64,000 bases of DNA from a virus (taxonomy: Duplodnaviria > Heunggongvirae > Uroviricota > Caudoviricetes): positions 168,228-232,227 of IMG/VR virus record IMGVR_UViG_3300009709_000002; one strand, 5' to 3'. This document shows positions 38,500 through 49,400 of the stretch, in pieces. Position 1 is the stretch's first letter. Each line of letters starts with the position of its first letter. A program made the translations under genes and the position numbers. Below the pieces are notes generated by a model that worked only from the letters and a program-made list of their open reading frames with translations, did not search any database and was not told where the DNA came from.

Positions 38500-39108
38500 T
38501 TAGTCATTCATCGGTTCTTCAAAGTTGAAATACTCTGTGACTGCTTTTGCATCTACTGTTCCAAGCAGCGCTGCTTTTTCAGCATCAGCAATCGCTTTTT
38601 GTTCAGCTTCATTTTTAACACGTTCTTTAGCATCAACGATGTTCTGCTTCATTTCTTCAAACTCAGTCTTGTATTCACCGCCATCAGCTTGTTCGCGGGC
38701 AGCGTCTGCAAAATTATAGCTTGGGTTTTCGCCGAGGTCGATGAGAAGTTCATCACGAATGCGACGGTGCTTCTTCTCATGATTCAAGAACTGCAGGAAG
38801 GTATTGTTGATGCAGGTGGTGTAGAACGAGAATGGATTGTCTGAGCGTTCAGGATCAAACTTGAGAGCATTTTGGCATAGGTTGGCCAAAGCTTCACAGA
38901 TCATATCCTCTTTGAATGAGTACCCAGAGAAGCAAGGACGTTGTGCATACTTACGAGTCAACGTCATCAGCATCACTGCAAGTTCATTCGTTATGCGATT
39001 CAACTTCTTGCAGCGAATAACCTCAGGGAGAAGTTTCGCGTTTGTCAGGTAATACTTGCCGACAAATTCCGGCGTATTTGGGTTTTTGGCCCGCTTGGCT
39101 GCTTTCAT
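38500..39108 (-). CDS. 55: Late sigma factor (gp55-like)
   Basis: YLTNAKLL, FSGYSFKEDM, FDPERSDNPFSFYT, F...EKK; T4 gene order 55-47-46. Confidence 0.9.
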   Translation of the reverse strand: MKAAKRAKNPNTPEFVGKYYLTNAKLLPEVIRCKKLNRITNELAVMLMTLTRKYAQRPCFSGYSFKEDMICEALANLCQNALKFDPERSDNPFSFYTTCINNTFLQFLNHEKKHRRIRDELLIDLGENPSYNFADAAREQADGGEYKTEFEEMKQNIVDAKERVKNEAEQKAIADAEKAALLGTVDAKAVTEYFNFEEPMND

Positions 39109-39172
39109 GTAAATCTCTTATAACGTATTGCGGTGAGTGCACAATGCATCTCCTGTTGTTTAGACAAGTACG

Positions 39173-39205
39173 ATAGTATCATACATTCAACAAGAGGTGA
39201 ATTTT
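39173..39205 (-). promoter_or_regulatory. Early-type promoter for gp55 operon
   Basis: AAAA-TTCACC-N17-TACTAT. Confidence 0.55.
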
Positions 39206-39266
39206 TCGACATAGATCAGGAAATAAATAGACCTGTACCAATAGTTATTTATTCTTGCCAGAGACC

Positions 39267-39932
39267 ATGAAACTAGACGAAATTTTACGCATTAGCGAAG
39301 ATCAGGAAGAAAAGAATGAGAAGCTACTTGCCGTGGTCTACGGAGGTAGGTTTGAACCTTTCCACAAGGGTCACTACGCTGTTTACAAGCACCTTAAGCA
39401 CATGTTTGATCCTGAAAGCGTCTGGATCGCGACATCTGACAAGACGAATTTTAGCAAGCACAACGGCGACATTTCGCCATTCAACTTTCAAGAAAAGAAA
39501 GAGCTGATGCTTCGTCTGTTTAGAATGGAAGAGGATAAAATCGTGAAGTGCTCTAACCCAGCTTTCAATCCACGAGAAATCTTTGAGCGCTATGATAATG
39601 CTCCGCTTGTCTACGTAGCAGTAGTAGGTGAAAAGGACGTTGAGCGCTACAAGGCTGCCAAGTTCTTTAAGCCATATCCGACGGTGAATGGTGGTCATGC
39701 TCTTCCGTTCAATGAAGCTAAAGATGGGCTGAAGACGTTGGCTGAGAAAGTTGGTTACTACCTGCCGATCAAGAAACAGTCTGGTGGCATTTCAGGCACG
39801 GAAGTTCGTGAAAAGCTTCTTGAAGCAGCCGATGATGATCACAAGCTTCACGAGCTGTTCAAAGAATTTTTCGGCCACTATGATGAGATCGCCAAAGATT
39901 TGATCATCAGCAAGCTTAAGGAAGTAAAGTGA
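39267..39932 (+). CDS. HIGH-superfamily nucleotidyltransferase (cytidyltransferase-like)
   Basis: GGRFEPFHKGH, PF.F.EK, VGEKD..R, ISGTEVR; late promoter 39223-39229. Confidence 0.8.
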   Translation: MKLDEILRISEDQEEKNEKLLAVVYGGRFEPFHKGHYAVYKHLKHMFDPESVWIATSDKTNFSKHNGDISPFNFQEKKELMLRLFRMEEDKIVKCSNPAFNPREIFERYDNAPLVYVAVVGEKDVERYKAAKFFKPYPTVNGGHALPFNEAKDGLKTLAEKVGYYLPIKKQSGGISGTEVREKLLEAADDDHKLHELFKEFFGHYDEIAKDLIISKLKEVK

Positions 39933-41089
39933 GCGTACCAGGACTAAATGACCCAACTAACACGTATTATGACGCGTATTCGATTCCTGTAAGTGGATTC
40001 TCAATTCCGTCACAATTTGATACGTACACTCCTGATAATCAGAATGATTACCAGTGCCGTGTCGTCTTAGTCCCTAATCCTAAGAAGGGTGCTACGGCTT
40101 GGACGATGAATGGAAAGTTCATTACGATCGGAGTTTATCGTGATCAGGGCAGAGCTAGCGGTCGTAATGGTCAGCTTGCCGCTCAATCATGGTCTCGTTC
40201 AGGAACTACGCTAACTTTCATTACGCAGACACCGCATGGATTGTCGGTTGGTGATAATTGTGACTTCTACAATATCAATGTTGCAACCTTCAACACCAAC
40301 GTAGTGACGGTGATCGACAATTACACTTTCACTATTAGAGCGTTCAATACTGGTAGTGCATCTGGTGGCACAAGCGCTATTTGCTGGCCATCGAAGATCG
40401 TTGATTACAATGATGATTACATCGTCTTTCGTCTGCTGCCGTCATTTCAGCTGGTGACCTACGCAACGATTGAAAGCATCTTTGCTGCGACAGCTCCGTC
40501 AGTAACGACGAATACCGTGTCGATGTATGACATCACAAAATCGAGCTACACGCAGCTGCCTAACCAGAAGTCTGAAAACTTCAACTATGATTTAACCACG
40601 TCGATCACCGCGAATGCAGATTCAGATGTGGTAGTGCTGTACAATCAGCAATTTGATGCTAACGGAAACCCACTGCTGTTAACTTACCAGGATAATGGCC
40701 AGCCAACGCTCAACACGAACATGAACTCCGTGACGGATAACGCACAGATTTTCTACCGTGATACGATTGATAACCTGGCGGCAAACAGCCGGGTGTTTGT
40801 GTATGACTTCTATGGATTAGATATCAATGATCCAACACGCGGTCCATACTTCAATCCAGCTTTAGTTTATCGCAATCCGAATGCAACTAGCTTGATTGGA
40901 AACTTCGCCTATGCGCAAAGCGCAGCTGGCACTCCGCTTTACAGCGGCTATTTGCAAGATGAATTTGGCAACTTGGCAATCGGCATTCAAACGAATAATG
41001 CATTAATCGTTAGAAAGCAAATTTTACCAGTGGCCCTTGATTCATTCAATAAGCCTATAAAGCAACCAACAACGATTTTAGGAGTTTAA
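39929..41089 (+). CDS. Putative virion structural protein
   Basis: Beta-rich; T.T.TPHGLSVGD...VIDNYTFTI module common in phage structural proteins. Confidence 0.6.
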   Translation: MSVPGLNDPTNTYYDAYSIPVSGFSIPSQFDTYTPDNQNDYQCRVVLVPNPKKGATAWTMNGKFITIGVYRDQGRASGRNGQLAAQSWSRSGTTLTFITQTPHGLSVGDNCDFYNINVATFNTNVVTVIDNYTFTIRAFNTGSASGGTSAICWPSKIVDYNDDYIVFRLLPSFQLVTYATIESIFAATAPSVTTNTVSMYDITKSSYTQLPNQKSENFNYDLTTSITANADSDVVVLYNQQFDANGNPLLLTYQDNGQPTLNTNMNSVTDNAQIFYRDTIDNLAANSRVFVYDFYGLDINDPTRGPYFNPALVYRNPNATSLIGNFAYAQSAAGTPLYSGYLQDEFGNLAIGIQTNNALIVRKQILPVALDSFNKPIKQPTTILGV

Positions 41090-41090
41090 C

Positions 41091-42218
41091 ATGAGTGTAC
41101 TTGACGGACTTACAAGCAATCTGACTAATAATGTAGCGTCATATGCTCAAAATGCAGCCAGCAATTTGGTGAATCAAGCCAATAATATCGTGACGCTGCC
41201 TACGATCAATGTTACTGCTAAGGCTCCAGCCGCAACGGTTAACACTTACAAAGTTGCGATTCAAGGCCCGACTGGTACGGTCATTTTTGAATCTTCTGTA
41301 CCGCTGTCAGAAGAACGAACCGCTACGTATCAAGGATTTGATATTACGCACTTGCCGACGGAAATTCCAGCATACAAAAATACCAGCAGCAGAAAGTTTT
41401 CAATCACTGGTAAATTTGTCTCTAGAAACACAGCTGAAGCGACGGCTAACTCTGGCTATCTTGACATGATTCGCTCGTGGCTTTTACCAGATTATGGAAA
41501 TTCTGGCGCTACGCCACCTATTTTGCATCTTTATGGCTACAAGAACAACCATATTACCGGCGTTCAGTGCATTTTAAAGAACTATTCATTCATTTTCCCG
41601 GATGATGTAGATTACATTTACACCGGCAGTAATCCGATGCCAGTTATTGGTATGGTGACGCTTTCACTGGATGAAGTGTTTTCTCCTGAGCAGATTACTG
41701 AAGGCGCTTGGAAAATTAAACCGCCAACAGTAAATCGTCCGCCAGACGCGTTCGGAAATGGTGATTCAACATTTGGCTCAAGCAGCGGTGGTTTAAGCCT
41801 GGGAGGCATTACATTGGGGCAGATTATTCCAGTTGCTACAGCTCTTGTGACTGCGGCGAAAGGTGGTGTAGCTGGTAGTCAAGCACTTAGCTCATTGGCT
41901 GGATACGCTCTGAGCAGCGCTGGATCTTTGATCGGTTCAAATCCTGCCGTTCAATCTTTTGTTTCAACAGCATCATCGACGATTAAATCAGCTGTTACAA
42001 CGGCAGAAGGCACGGTGCAGGGAGCATTAAATAGTGCTACCCAAAGTATTGTCGGATTCACGCAGAGCATTGGATCATCCACGAGCAATTCAGCAATATC
42101 TTCAAGCATGGCCCCAATTAGTTTTGGTGCTGGTGGCGCACCGTCTGGTAGCGGGTCAAATTCTTTTGGCTTCACAACTGGAAGTTATACAGCTGATTCA
42201 ACTACTACGAGCTTCTAA
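41091..42218 (+). CDS. Baseplate/tube initiator (gp48-like) with S/G-rich tail
   Basis: AYKNTSSRKFSI, PDYG...PPILHLYGY, FPDDVDYI. Confidence 0.65.
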   Translation: MSVLDGLTSNLTNNVASYAQNAASNLVNQANNIVTLPTINVTAKAPAATVNTYKVAIQGPTGTVIFESSVPLSEERTATYQGFDITHLPTEIPAYKNTSSRKFSITGKFVSRNTAEATANSGYLDMIRSWLLPDYGNSGATPPILHLYGYKNNHITGVQCILKNYSFIFPDDVDYIYTGSNPMPVIGMVTLSLDEVFSPEQITEGAWKIKPPTVNRPPDAFGNGDSTFGSSSGGLSLGGITLGQIIPVATALVTAAKGGVAGSQALSSLAGYALSSAGSLIGSNPAVQSFVSTASSTIKSAVTTAEGTVQGALNSATQSIVGFTQSIGSSTSNSAISSSMAPISFGAGGAPSGSGSNSFGFTTGSYTADSTTTSF

Positions 42219-42220
42219 TT

Positions 42221-42604
42221 ATGACAGTCGCAACATCAACCGGAACTGACGTAACAGTTCTAAATTCTACTTACAATAAGAAGAATGGTCGTTACGTGCT
42301 CGGCGGCACCACTGAAGTTTCAGCGTGGGCCATTGAGTGGTGGGAGAAAAATCAAATGACGCCTGACGTCACTGATTTTGCATATGTTATGGAAAAGAAA
42401 TATGAAGGTAGACCAGATATTCTTGGGTATGTATTTTACGGTGATCCGCTATTGTGGTGGATCATTTGCCAATATAATGCCATCCTTGATCCTGTCGCTG
42501 AACTGGTTGAGGGAAAGATTCTGTTGATTCCACAAGCAGCTCGAATCACACAATCTGCAACTACGGTACAAACTGGCGGCGTAGCATCGACCGCTATTTA
42601 CTAA
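42221..42604 (+). CDS. 53: Baseplate wedge protein (gp53/LysM-like)
   Basis: RPDILGYVFYGDPLLWWII..YN...DP....G..L.IP. Confidence 0.8.
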   Translation: MTVATSTGTDVTVLNSTYNKKNGRYVLGGTTEVSAWAIEWWEKNQMTPDVTDFAYVMEKKYEGRPDILGYVFYGDPLLWWIICQYNAILDPVAELVEGKILLIPQAARITQSATTVQTGGVASTAIY

Positions 42605-42623
42605 GACTTATAAGAGATATTAT

Positions 42624-44483
42624 ATGGCAACGCCAGCAAATGAATTAGATAGATACGCATCTTACACGTATTATTTTGAGCTGTACGCAGCTGCGATTGT
42701 TGATGATTTGTATCAATATGAATTCATTGACAATTCAAAGGTTGGTACGACCAGAACATCTCCGAATGGGAACCTGATTCTCAATTCACGGTGTGACGCG
42801 TTTCAAAATATTGAAGATGTCCACAATTACATTACGAGCCCATTAACTGGCGTGGTCTCAATGTCCGGTTCTCCAGCTGGTTGTGTAATGACAATTAGAG
42901 AGCCAAATGGATTTAGCTTCGTAGATAAACTTCAGCAGGTTGTTCAAATGAACAACGTACTAGCTTTAGCTAATCTTAACTTTGCTCTTAAGACCATGTT
43001 TGTTGGACGCACGCCTACAAATGTAATCGAACAGAGAATGGACCTGCCATTATTGATGATGTCACTAACAAACATCGAAATGGAATTCACGAATGAAGGT
43101 TCTATCTATACTCTGAGCTTTGTTCAACTTGTTGGTTTTGATGCTCATAAAGATCACAATGACGCTGTTGTCACTGACATGACAGCAGCTCTTGGTACTG
43201 TTTCTCGCTCAATTAGCTTTACTGGTCGAACAATTCAAGAAGCTGTTACAAACTTTCAAACCAATTTGAATGGAATGTACACCTCTTACTACAATGAGAG
43301 CGGTACAAATAAGCAATCACGCCCAATCGTCTACCAAGTAAATATCGATCCAGATATTTCTGGAGCTCTAGACAGTGTAAATAAAGACTACTTTGGGTCA
43401 AATGCTCCGGCAAGATTTGCATATGAGCCTGGCACTAAGGTTGCGGCCATCTTGCATGATATTCTATCTCACTGTTCAGCGCTTAACACCACATTAGTTG
43501 GAGATAATGGGACGACAGATCCAGATATTCTCATCAATAAAAAGGTGCCATTTGTCAGATCGTCATTGCAGCTTCAAGCTACGCAAGCGCTGATTACTTA
43601 TCAGATATCGCTCTATAATGCACTGACGGTGTCACAAAATGATCAGAATTCAAGTGTTCATCAATATGTATTTGATTATTACTTTGCTGATCCAGGTAAA
43701 AACGTTGATGTGCTTCACATGGATTTAAAAGTCAATTATGGTAGCCTGAATATGGCTATCAGTCAAGGTAATTACTCGATGCATGATAAAGCGACGAATG
43801 CATCAGGCACTCTTCCATCCAATGATCCAAAGTATTACGCTGGCAACTTATTAACTCCAAATGCTAGCATTGATCAACTACTTAAGAGCGGATTAGTAGG
43901 CACGTCATATTTTAACGGTCTTCAAAATGACGTTGCAATTATGCCGTTTGTGACTCCAAGAGAGCAAGAAGGTTATGTCACAATTCCAAATGATCAATTG
44001 GCGTCAGCTAGATTAGCTACTAAAGCAATTGTGGACGCATTTGTTGGATATGGCATTACATTGACACTTCAAATTCGCGGCCACCTTGATCTGTTGATGT
44101 TACAAGGCAATTACCCAAACAATCAAAAGACAGATTTGCTAAATGTTGGCTGTTTCATGAAGGTCAATATCTTCAATGAGACGCAAGATCCTACTACCGG
44201 CCAAGTTACAAAACAACCATTCTTCTATACTGGTTGGTATAGAGTATTGACGATTGAAAATGTATTCTCAGGTGGCATATTCACCCAGAATATCACAATG
44301 ATGGCGGTCGAAGATCCGAATCAAACGTCGACTAATAATGCCACGACTGCAAGTAACGCCACAAGTACTACAACTCCGACTCCAACGGCTGTAGCTGTGC
44401 CAAGCGTATCTCCTTCAGCATCGAGCAATACTTACAACTTCAATACCACTGCTTCAACAACTAACAAGTACAACTTTCAATAA
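42624..44483 (+). CDS. Baseplate hub protein (gp27-like)
   Basis: Lies between gp53 and spike; N.LD.YASYTY start; YTGWYRVLTIENVFSGGIFTQ. Confidence 0.6.
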   Translation: MATPANELDRYASYTYYFELYAAAIVDDLYQYEFIDNSKVGTTRTSPNGNLILNSRCDAFQNIEDVHNYITSPLTGVVSMSGSPAGCVMTIREPNGFSFVDKLQQVVQMNNVLALANLNFALKTMFVGRTPTNVIEQRMDLPLLMMSLTNIEMEFTNEGSIYTLSFVQLVGFDAHKDHNDAVVTDMTAALGTVSRSISFTGRTIQEAVTNFQTNLNGMYTSYYNESGTNKQSRPIVYQVNIDPDISGALDSVNKDYFGSNAPARFAYEPGTKVAAILHDILSHCSALNTTLVGDNGTTDPDILINKKVPFVRSSLQLQATQALITYQISLYNALTVSQNDQNSSVHQYVFDYYFADPGKNVDVLHMDLKVNYGSLNMAISQGNYSMHDKATNASGTLPSNDPKYYAGNLLTPNASIDQLLKSGLVGTSYFNGLQNDVAIMPFVTPREQEGYVTIPNDQLASARLATKAIVDAFVGYGITLTLQIRGHLDLLMLQGNYPNNQKTDLLNVGCFMKVNIFNETQDPTTGQVTKQPFFYTGWYRVLTIENVFSGGIFTQNITMMAVEDPNQTSTNNATTASNATSTTTPTPTAVAVPSVSPSASSNTYNFNTTASTTNKYNFQ

Positions 44484-44491
44484 GACATAAT

Positions 44492-46009
44492 ATGACTCAA
44501 GGGATCGGTAAACATCTTGGTATGACGGTTGGCATTGTAAAGAATAATGCTGATCCAGGTCAGCATGGCCGTCTTCAGATTTACATTCCGTCTATTGATA
44601 GCGATAGCTTCCAGACGGCTGATTTGCCATGGGCGACATACGTTTCTCCATTTGGTGGTACAACCGCTAACGCTCAGGTCGGTAGAACTTCAGATGCTGT
44701 GGAAGGCGCGTCAGCTTATGGATTTTGGGCTATTCCTCAAAATGGAGCACAGGTGCTCGTCGGCTTCATTAATGGAAATCCAAAGATGCGTTTTTGGATT
44801 GGTTGCGTTTATATGCCTGAGCTTAATCGCACAATGCCGCAAGCTCTTGATGGTGTTAAAACAGAGATTGATGAATCAGGTCAATACCCTCAATCAAGCA
44901 TCTCATACATGGTTAACAACCTCAATGCGGCTGGATTAGGCCCAGGTTCAGCTAATTATGCAACGCGAGGTTGGGAACGTTCAATTTCTTATCCAGCTAA
45001 TGGAAATGCTGCTAAGAACACGAATAATGGGTATGCTCCAAAGCCGCTAGATAAATCCAAGTCAGAATCTCAGATGTTTTCAATGACGACGCCTGGCCGT
45101 CATTACTTCTTAATGTCTGATGTTGATGCTCAATGCCGTGTTCGTTTAAGAACAACCGCTGGTTCTCAAGTCATTTTTGATGACACAAATGAACGCATTT
45201 ACATCTCGACAGCTAAAGGCACTAACTACATTGAGATGGATGAGACGAATGGTAAGATCTATGTCTACTCTGATTCAAAGGTTAACGTCAGAGCAAAGAA
45301 TGACATTAACTTCTACTCCGATTCAAACATCAACATTGTTGCTAAGAAGCGCGTAAACATTCAATCTGAAACTCGTGGAGTGAAGATTCAATCGAATAAT
45401 ACGCTTCAACTAGTGTCTGGTGGAGGTGACGTTAACCTCAGCGCAGGCTGTGGCATCAACCTGAAGACGTCTGGCGGAAGTGCAGCTCCAGCCGTTGGTG
45501 CTTCAACAACTTCCAAGCCTGGTGGCGTAGGTCTACTTCGTGATTTTGCTGAGGCAGCTGGAACATCATCTGGCGGAATCAAGCTTGACGCAAATGGCCC
45601 GGTAGAGATTACAACGCAAAAAGCACTTACTGCGAACGCTCAGGCTGCTATCACGATGATGACATCTGGCACGTTAGCTTTCATCAGCAGCGCTGGTTCT
45701 ACACTTCAGCTTGGTGGTTCTACAACGATCTCAAGCCCAGCCGCTATGGGTATTAAGACACCAGCTTTCAATGTGGATGCTGGAAGCTTTGGTTTCGTAG
45801 CGATTGATCCTATCTCAGGGCCGCTGCCGATTCAATCGACGTCTGGAGTTTCTGTCAACAGCTCAAATACTCCATCTATTTCTTCTGCTCCTGCTGCATC
45901 TAGCGATACAATTTCGAGCTTCATGGTAAGGCCTGATCATGAATCTTGGAAGCGTGATGAAGATGAAGCCTTGTGCAAGACGCCAAGAAATCCACTTTGG
46001 CAGCCGTAA
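44492..46009 (+). CDS. 5: Baseplate spike (gp5/VgrG-like OB-fold plus beta-helix, no lysozyme domain seen)
   Basis: GIVKNNADP..HGRLQIYIP, LPWA, P..GAQVLV.F, repeated beta strands, C-terminal PDHESW.R. Confidence 0.8.
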   Translation: MTQGIGKHLGMTVGIVKNNADPGQHGRLQIYIPSIDSDSFQTADLPWATYVSPFGGTTANAQVGRTSDAVEGASAYGFWAIPQNGAQVLVGFINGNPKMRFWIGCVYMPELNRTMPQALDGVKTEIDESGQYPQSSISYMVNNLNAAGLGPGSANYATRGWERSISYPANGNAAKNTNNGYAPKPLDKSKSESQMFSMTTPGRHYFLMSDVDAQCRVRLRTTAGSQVIFDDTNERIYISTAKGTNYIEMDETNGKIYVYSDSKVNVRAKNDINFYSDSNINIVAKKRVNIQSETRGVKIQSNNTLQLVSGGGDVNLSAGCGINLKTSGGSAAPAVGASTTSKPGGVGLLRDFAEAAGTSSGGIKLDANGPVEITTQKALTANAQAAITMMTSGTLAFISSAGSTLQLGGSTTISSPAAMGIKTPAFNVDAGSFGFVAIDPISGPLPIQSTSGVSVNSSNTPSISSAPAASSDTISSFMVRPDHESWKRDEDEALCKTPRNPLWQP

Positions 46010-46030
46010 TCATTTGCATAAATAAGTACT

Positions 46031-46402
46031 ATGAAAATTTTCTACCAAGGTTTTAGCACCAAGAGCTATGAAGCATCAGGCGGTGATTTCGTCACGCTTA
46101 ATCTTGATGCCATTGATGATGACTTGCTTAATCAAATCTTCACCGTTAAAGGTGAGCGAGTCAACATGCCCGATTGGGGCACAAGAATTCCGCTTCTAAC
46201 GTTTGAACTTAATGACGTGTATAGTCAGCAAGTTATCCGCGAAGATTTAACTAGCGTCTTCAATGCTGATCCTCGAGTAGAACTTGTAGCTCTCGACATC
46301 ATCACAGCAACTGATGATCACGGATTGATCGCTGCGTGCAAGATCAATTACATCGAGTTTCAAGTGACCAAAGATTTGAATATTGAAATTACCTCACAAT
46401 AA
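46031..46402 (+). CDS. 25: Baseplate wedge gp25-like
   Basis: DLLNQIFT.KGERV.MPDWGT, DPRV; late promoter 46018-46024. Confidence 0.88.
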   Translation: MKIFYQGFSTKSYEASGGDFVTLNLDAIDDDLLNQIFTVKGERVNMPDWGTRIPLLTFELNDVYSQQVIREDLTSVFNADPRVELVALDIITATDDHGLIAACKINYIEFQVTKDLNIEITSQ

Positions 46403-46414
46403 CAGGCTATTGTA

Positions 46415-49400
46415 ATGACATCAGCAACCTCGCTAAACGCGGCCGAAACCTGGGACCAAGTCTACCAAGCGTTTCAGCAAGTCAATTTCGTTTCATATGA
46501 CTACAATGCTGTCAAGCAGTCTCTTCTGGATTATCTGAAGTTCTACTATCCAGAAAACTTCAATGACTATATTGAATCTTCACAGCTAATTGCGATCATC
46601 GAAACGTTTGCTTACATCGCCGAACAGCACGCGTATCGTATTGACATGTCGATCCATGAAAATATGATCGACACTGCCGCCCGTAAGCAAAGCATCTTGC
46701 GTCTGGCTAAGCTGGTCTCATATACTGCAACTCGTAATATCCCGCTGCGTGGTTTTGTCAAGATCACCAGCGTTAGTTCGTCACAAGTGCTTTATGACTC
46801 GCAGAATAACGCACTTTCGAACAAGACGATTAACTGGAATGATCCAAACAACGCGCTTTGGAAAGAGCAGTTTATGGTCATCATGAACGCTGCAATGACT
46901 CAGCCATTTGGCTCACCATTTAAGTCATTCCAGATCGATGACACCGTTTTTCAACAGTATGAATTTCAGAATGTACTGGAAAGTGATTCAGCGAGCACTT
47001 CATTCACAAATGGTTGTCTGCCAGTAAAAACGACGATCGCTGGCTCAACCGTGCTATTTGAGCTTGTTCCAGCCGATGTAGACTCGGACACAGTGTTTGA
47101 ACGTACGCCATCCCTTAGCGAATACTTCACCATGCTGTATGCTGATGATGGTTTTGGCGATGGTTCCATGACGACCGGCTTCTTGATGTACATCAAGCAA
47201 GGCACAATGAACCGTGTTCCATATATCTTCACGGTGCCAATTCCTAATCAGTCAGTGAACATTACGTTGAACAACATCAATGATGCTGACGTTTGGGTAC
47301 AGGAAGTTGACGCTACAGGAACTCTTATCAATGAGTGGCAAGCGGTTGACACGGTTGCTGGACAGAATCTTCAGTTCAATGTTAATGCCAACTTGAACCA
47401 GTATGAGATTGAATCCCTTGAAGATGACCAGATTCGTCTGATCTTTGGTGACGGTGACTTCTCCAACATTCCAACTGGTTACTTCAACTTCTGGGTTCGT
47501 CAGTCTACCAGCGGTTCATTGGTACTTCAGCAGAGCCAGATGACCAACCAGACAGTTACGTTTGCTTATACATCTTCTCTTGGAAACACAGAAAGCATAA
47601 CGCTGACGTACTCACTGACAGCAGCTCTTCAAAACTCATCAGAGTCTGAAGACATTGAGCACATTCGAACAGCAGCTCCAGCTACGTACTACTCGCAAAA
47701 CCGCATGGTGAATGGTCAGGATTACAACTCATTCGTGCTAAAGGATCCATCGATTCTTCGCGTAATGGCTGTAAACCGAACGTTTGCTGGTCAGCCAAAG
47801 TATATCAACTGGAATGATGCTTCAGGTACATATCAGAACGTGAAGATCTTTGGTAACGATCTGCGCATGTACTATGACATTAGCTCAACCGTGACGACAG
47901 AATCGCTTTCATCGCGCGTTCTTATCGACCAAGTGCTTGAGCCTATGCTTAGCGATCCAGGTGTCTACAACATGCTGGCCTACGCTTACAATCAGTCAGC
48001 TGCTCCATTGAACCTTGCTTATGTTCGTCCAAGAACAACATTCATTGAAGATTCTACAATCGGTATCCAAGAGAAGACAGCAATTCAAGGTGCGCTCGAC
48101 CGCCACTGGTACGGTGAACCAGACACGATCGTTTACTTGGCGTCGGACTACACGACGACTAACACAGCAACGCTTCCAAGCAAGTATTACGCCGTCGTAA
48201 ACTCTGACACTGACCACTTGATCTATGATATGAACCTTCCATTGGTTCTGCAAAATACGACAAATGGTACTTATGCTCCGCTCAATATCACGCCGAATAA
48301 CGTGTCTGGCATCCAGAACACTGTCATGCGTCAGCTGCAGTTTGGTATTGGTTTCAATCCTATCAGAGCATTCCAGACGACTGGTATTTACATCAACAGC
48401 GGGTCTGTAACTACAATCAACTCAGCAGATTCAATTGCCAACTCAAGCATCAATCAAAGCACGGCAATCAATGAAATTCTAACGGTTGAAATTACAGATA
48501 GCGATGGTACATTCACCGTGTATAGTAGCGTCAATGGTTACTATGGTAGCGGAACGATTGGCCAGATCTACACAAATGGTAAGATCTCCTTCATCATCGG
48601 TTCGCCATCAGGCGTAACACCAAGCGAGTATGTTACCGGCGATGCATTCATCATCACGATCTCAAACGCTGGTGGTGTTTACAACGCGACAAATATCGCT
48701 AGAGCAAACCTGGTTGGTCTGTTCACGATCATCCCTGAATCACAGATCACCAGCACCACGATCACCGATCCATACAACCCGGCAGATCCTGTAGACAATT
48801 GGATCATCATGGTTGAACGTGTAGATGATAGCAGCGGTAACTTGCTGTACTGGATCGTTACGCAGCGCAATTTTGAGCTTGTAGTTGAAAGCCCGACTAC
48901 TAACTTCTGGTTCGATAACAGCACGACGATCGTTGATCCAGACACGCTGCTTCCTGTAGTTGATCAGGTTAGAATCTTGAAGTCAAACTTGAACGTAACG
49001 GGATTGCAAGCAATCGGAACTGACCAGATCTACAATGTTGCGGGTAAGGTGAACTATGACAATGGCGACGTAAACATCAACGCGCTGCAGGTTACGGCTA
49101 ATGATGCTCAAGGCACCAACACGGACGGTCAAGGTCTGCTAGCAAATCCTTACCAGTTCTTGAATTTCATCGGACCAAATGATTATGTCTACTTCACGAC
49201 CGACACAACTACTGGCAATTTGGTTCCAGTCGTTGCCACCGCTTACATTGAAGGACTGACATACACTGACAACGTTTCAGGCATCTACACGAGAAAGCCT
49301 GGCCGTGATATGCTTGACTTCATGTGGCAGCACTTTACGGCAAGCGATAGTTTGATTGATCCATCACCTTCAAACATCGTTGACATGTACGTGCTGACTC

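Noticed and set aside
39109-39155. AGGAG followed by tiny upstream ORFs before gp55
   Set aside because: Spacing is ambiguous and the peptides are too short to support a regulatory claim
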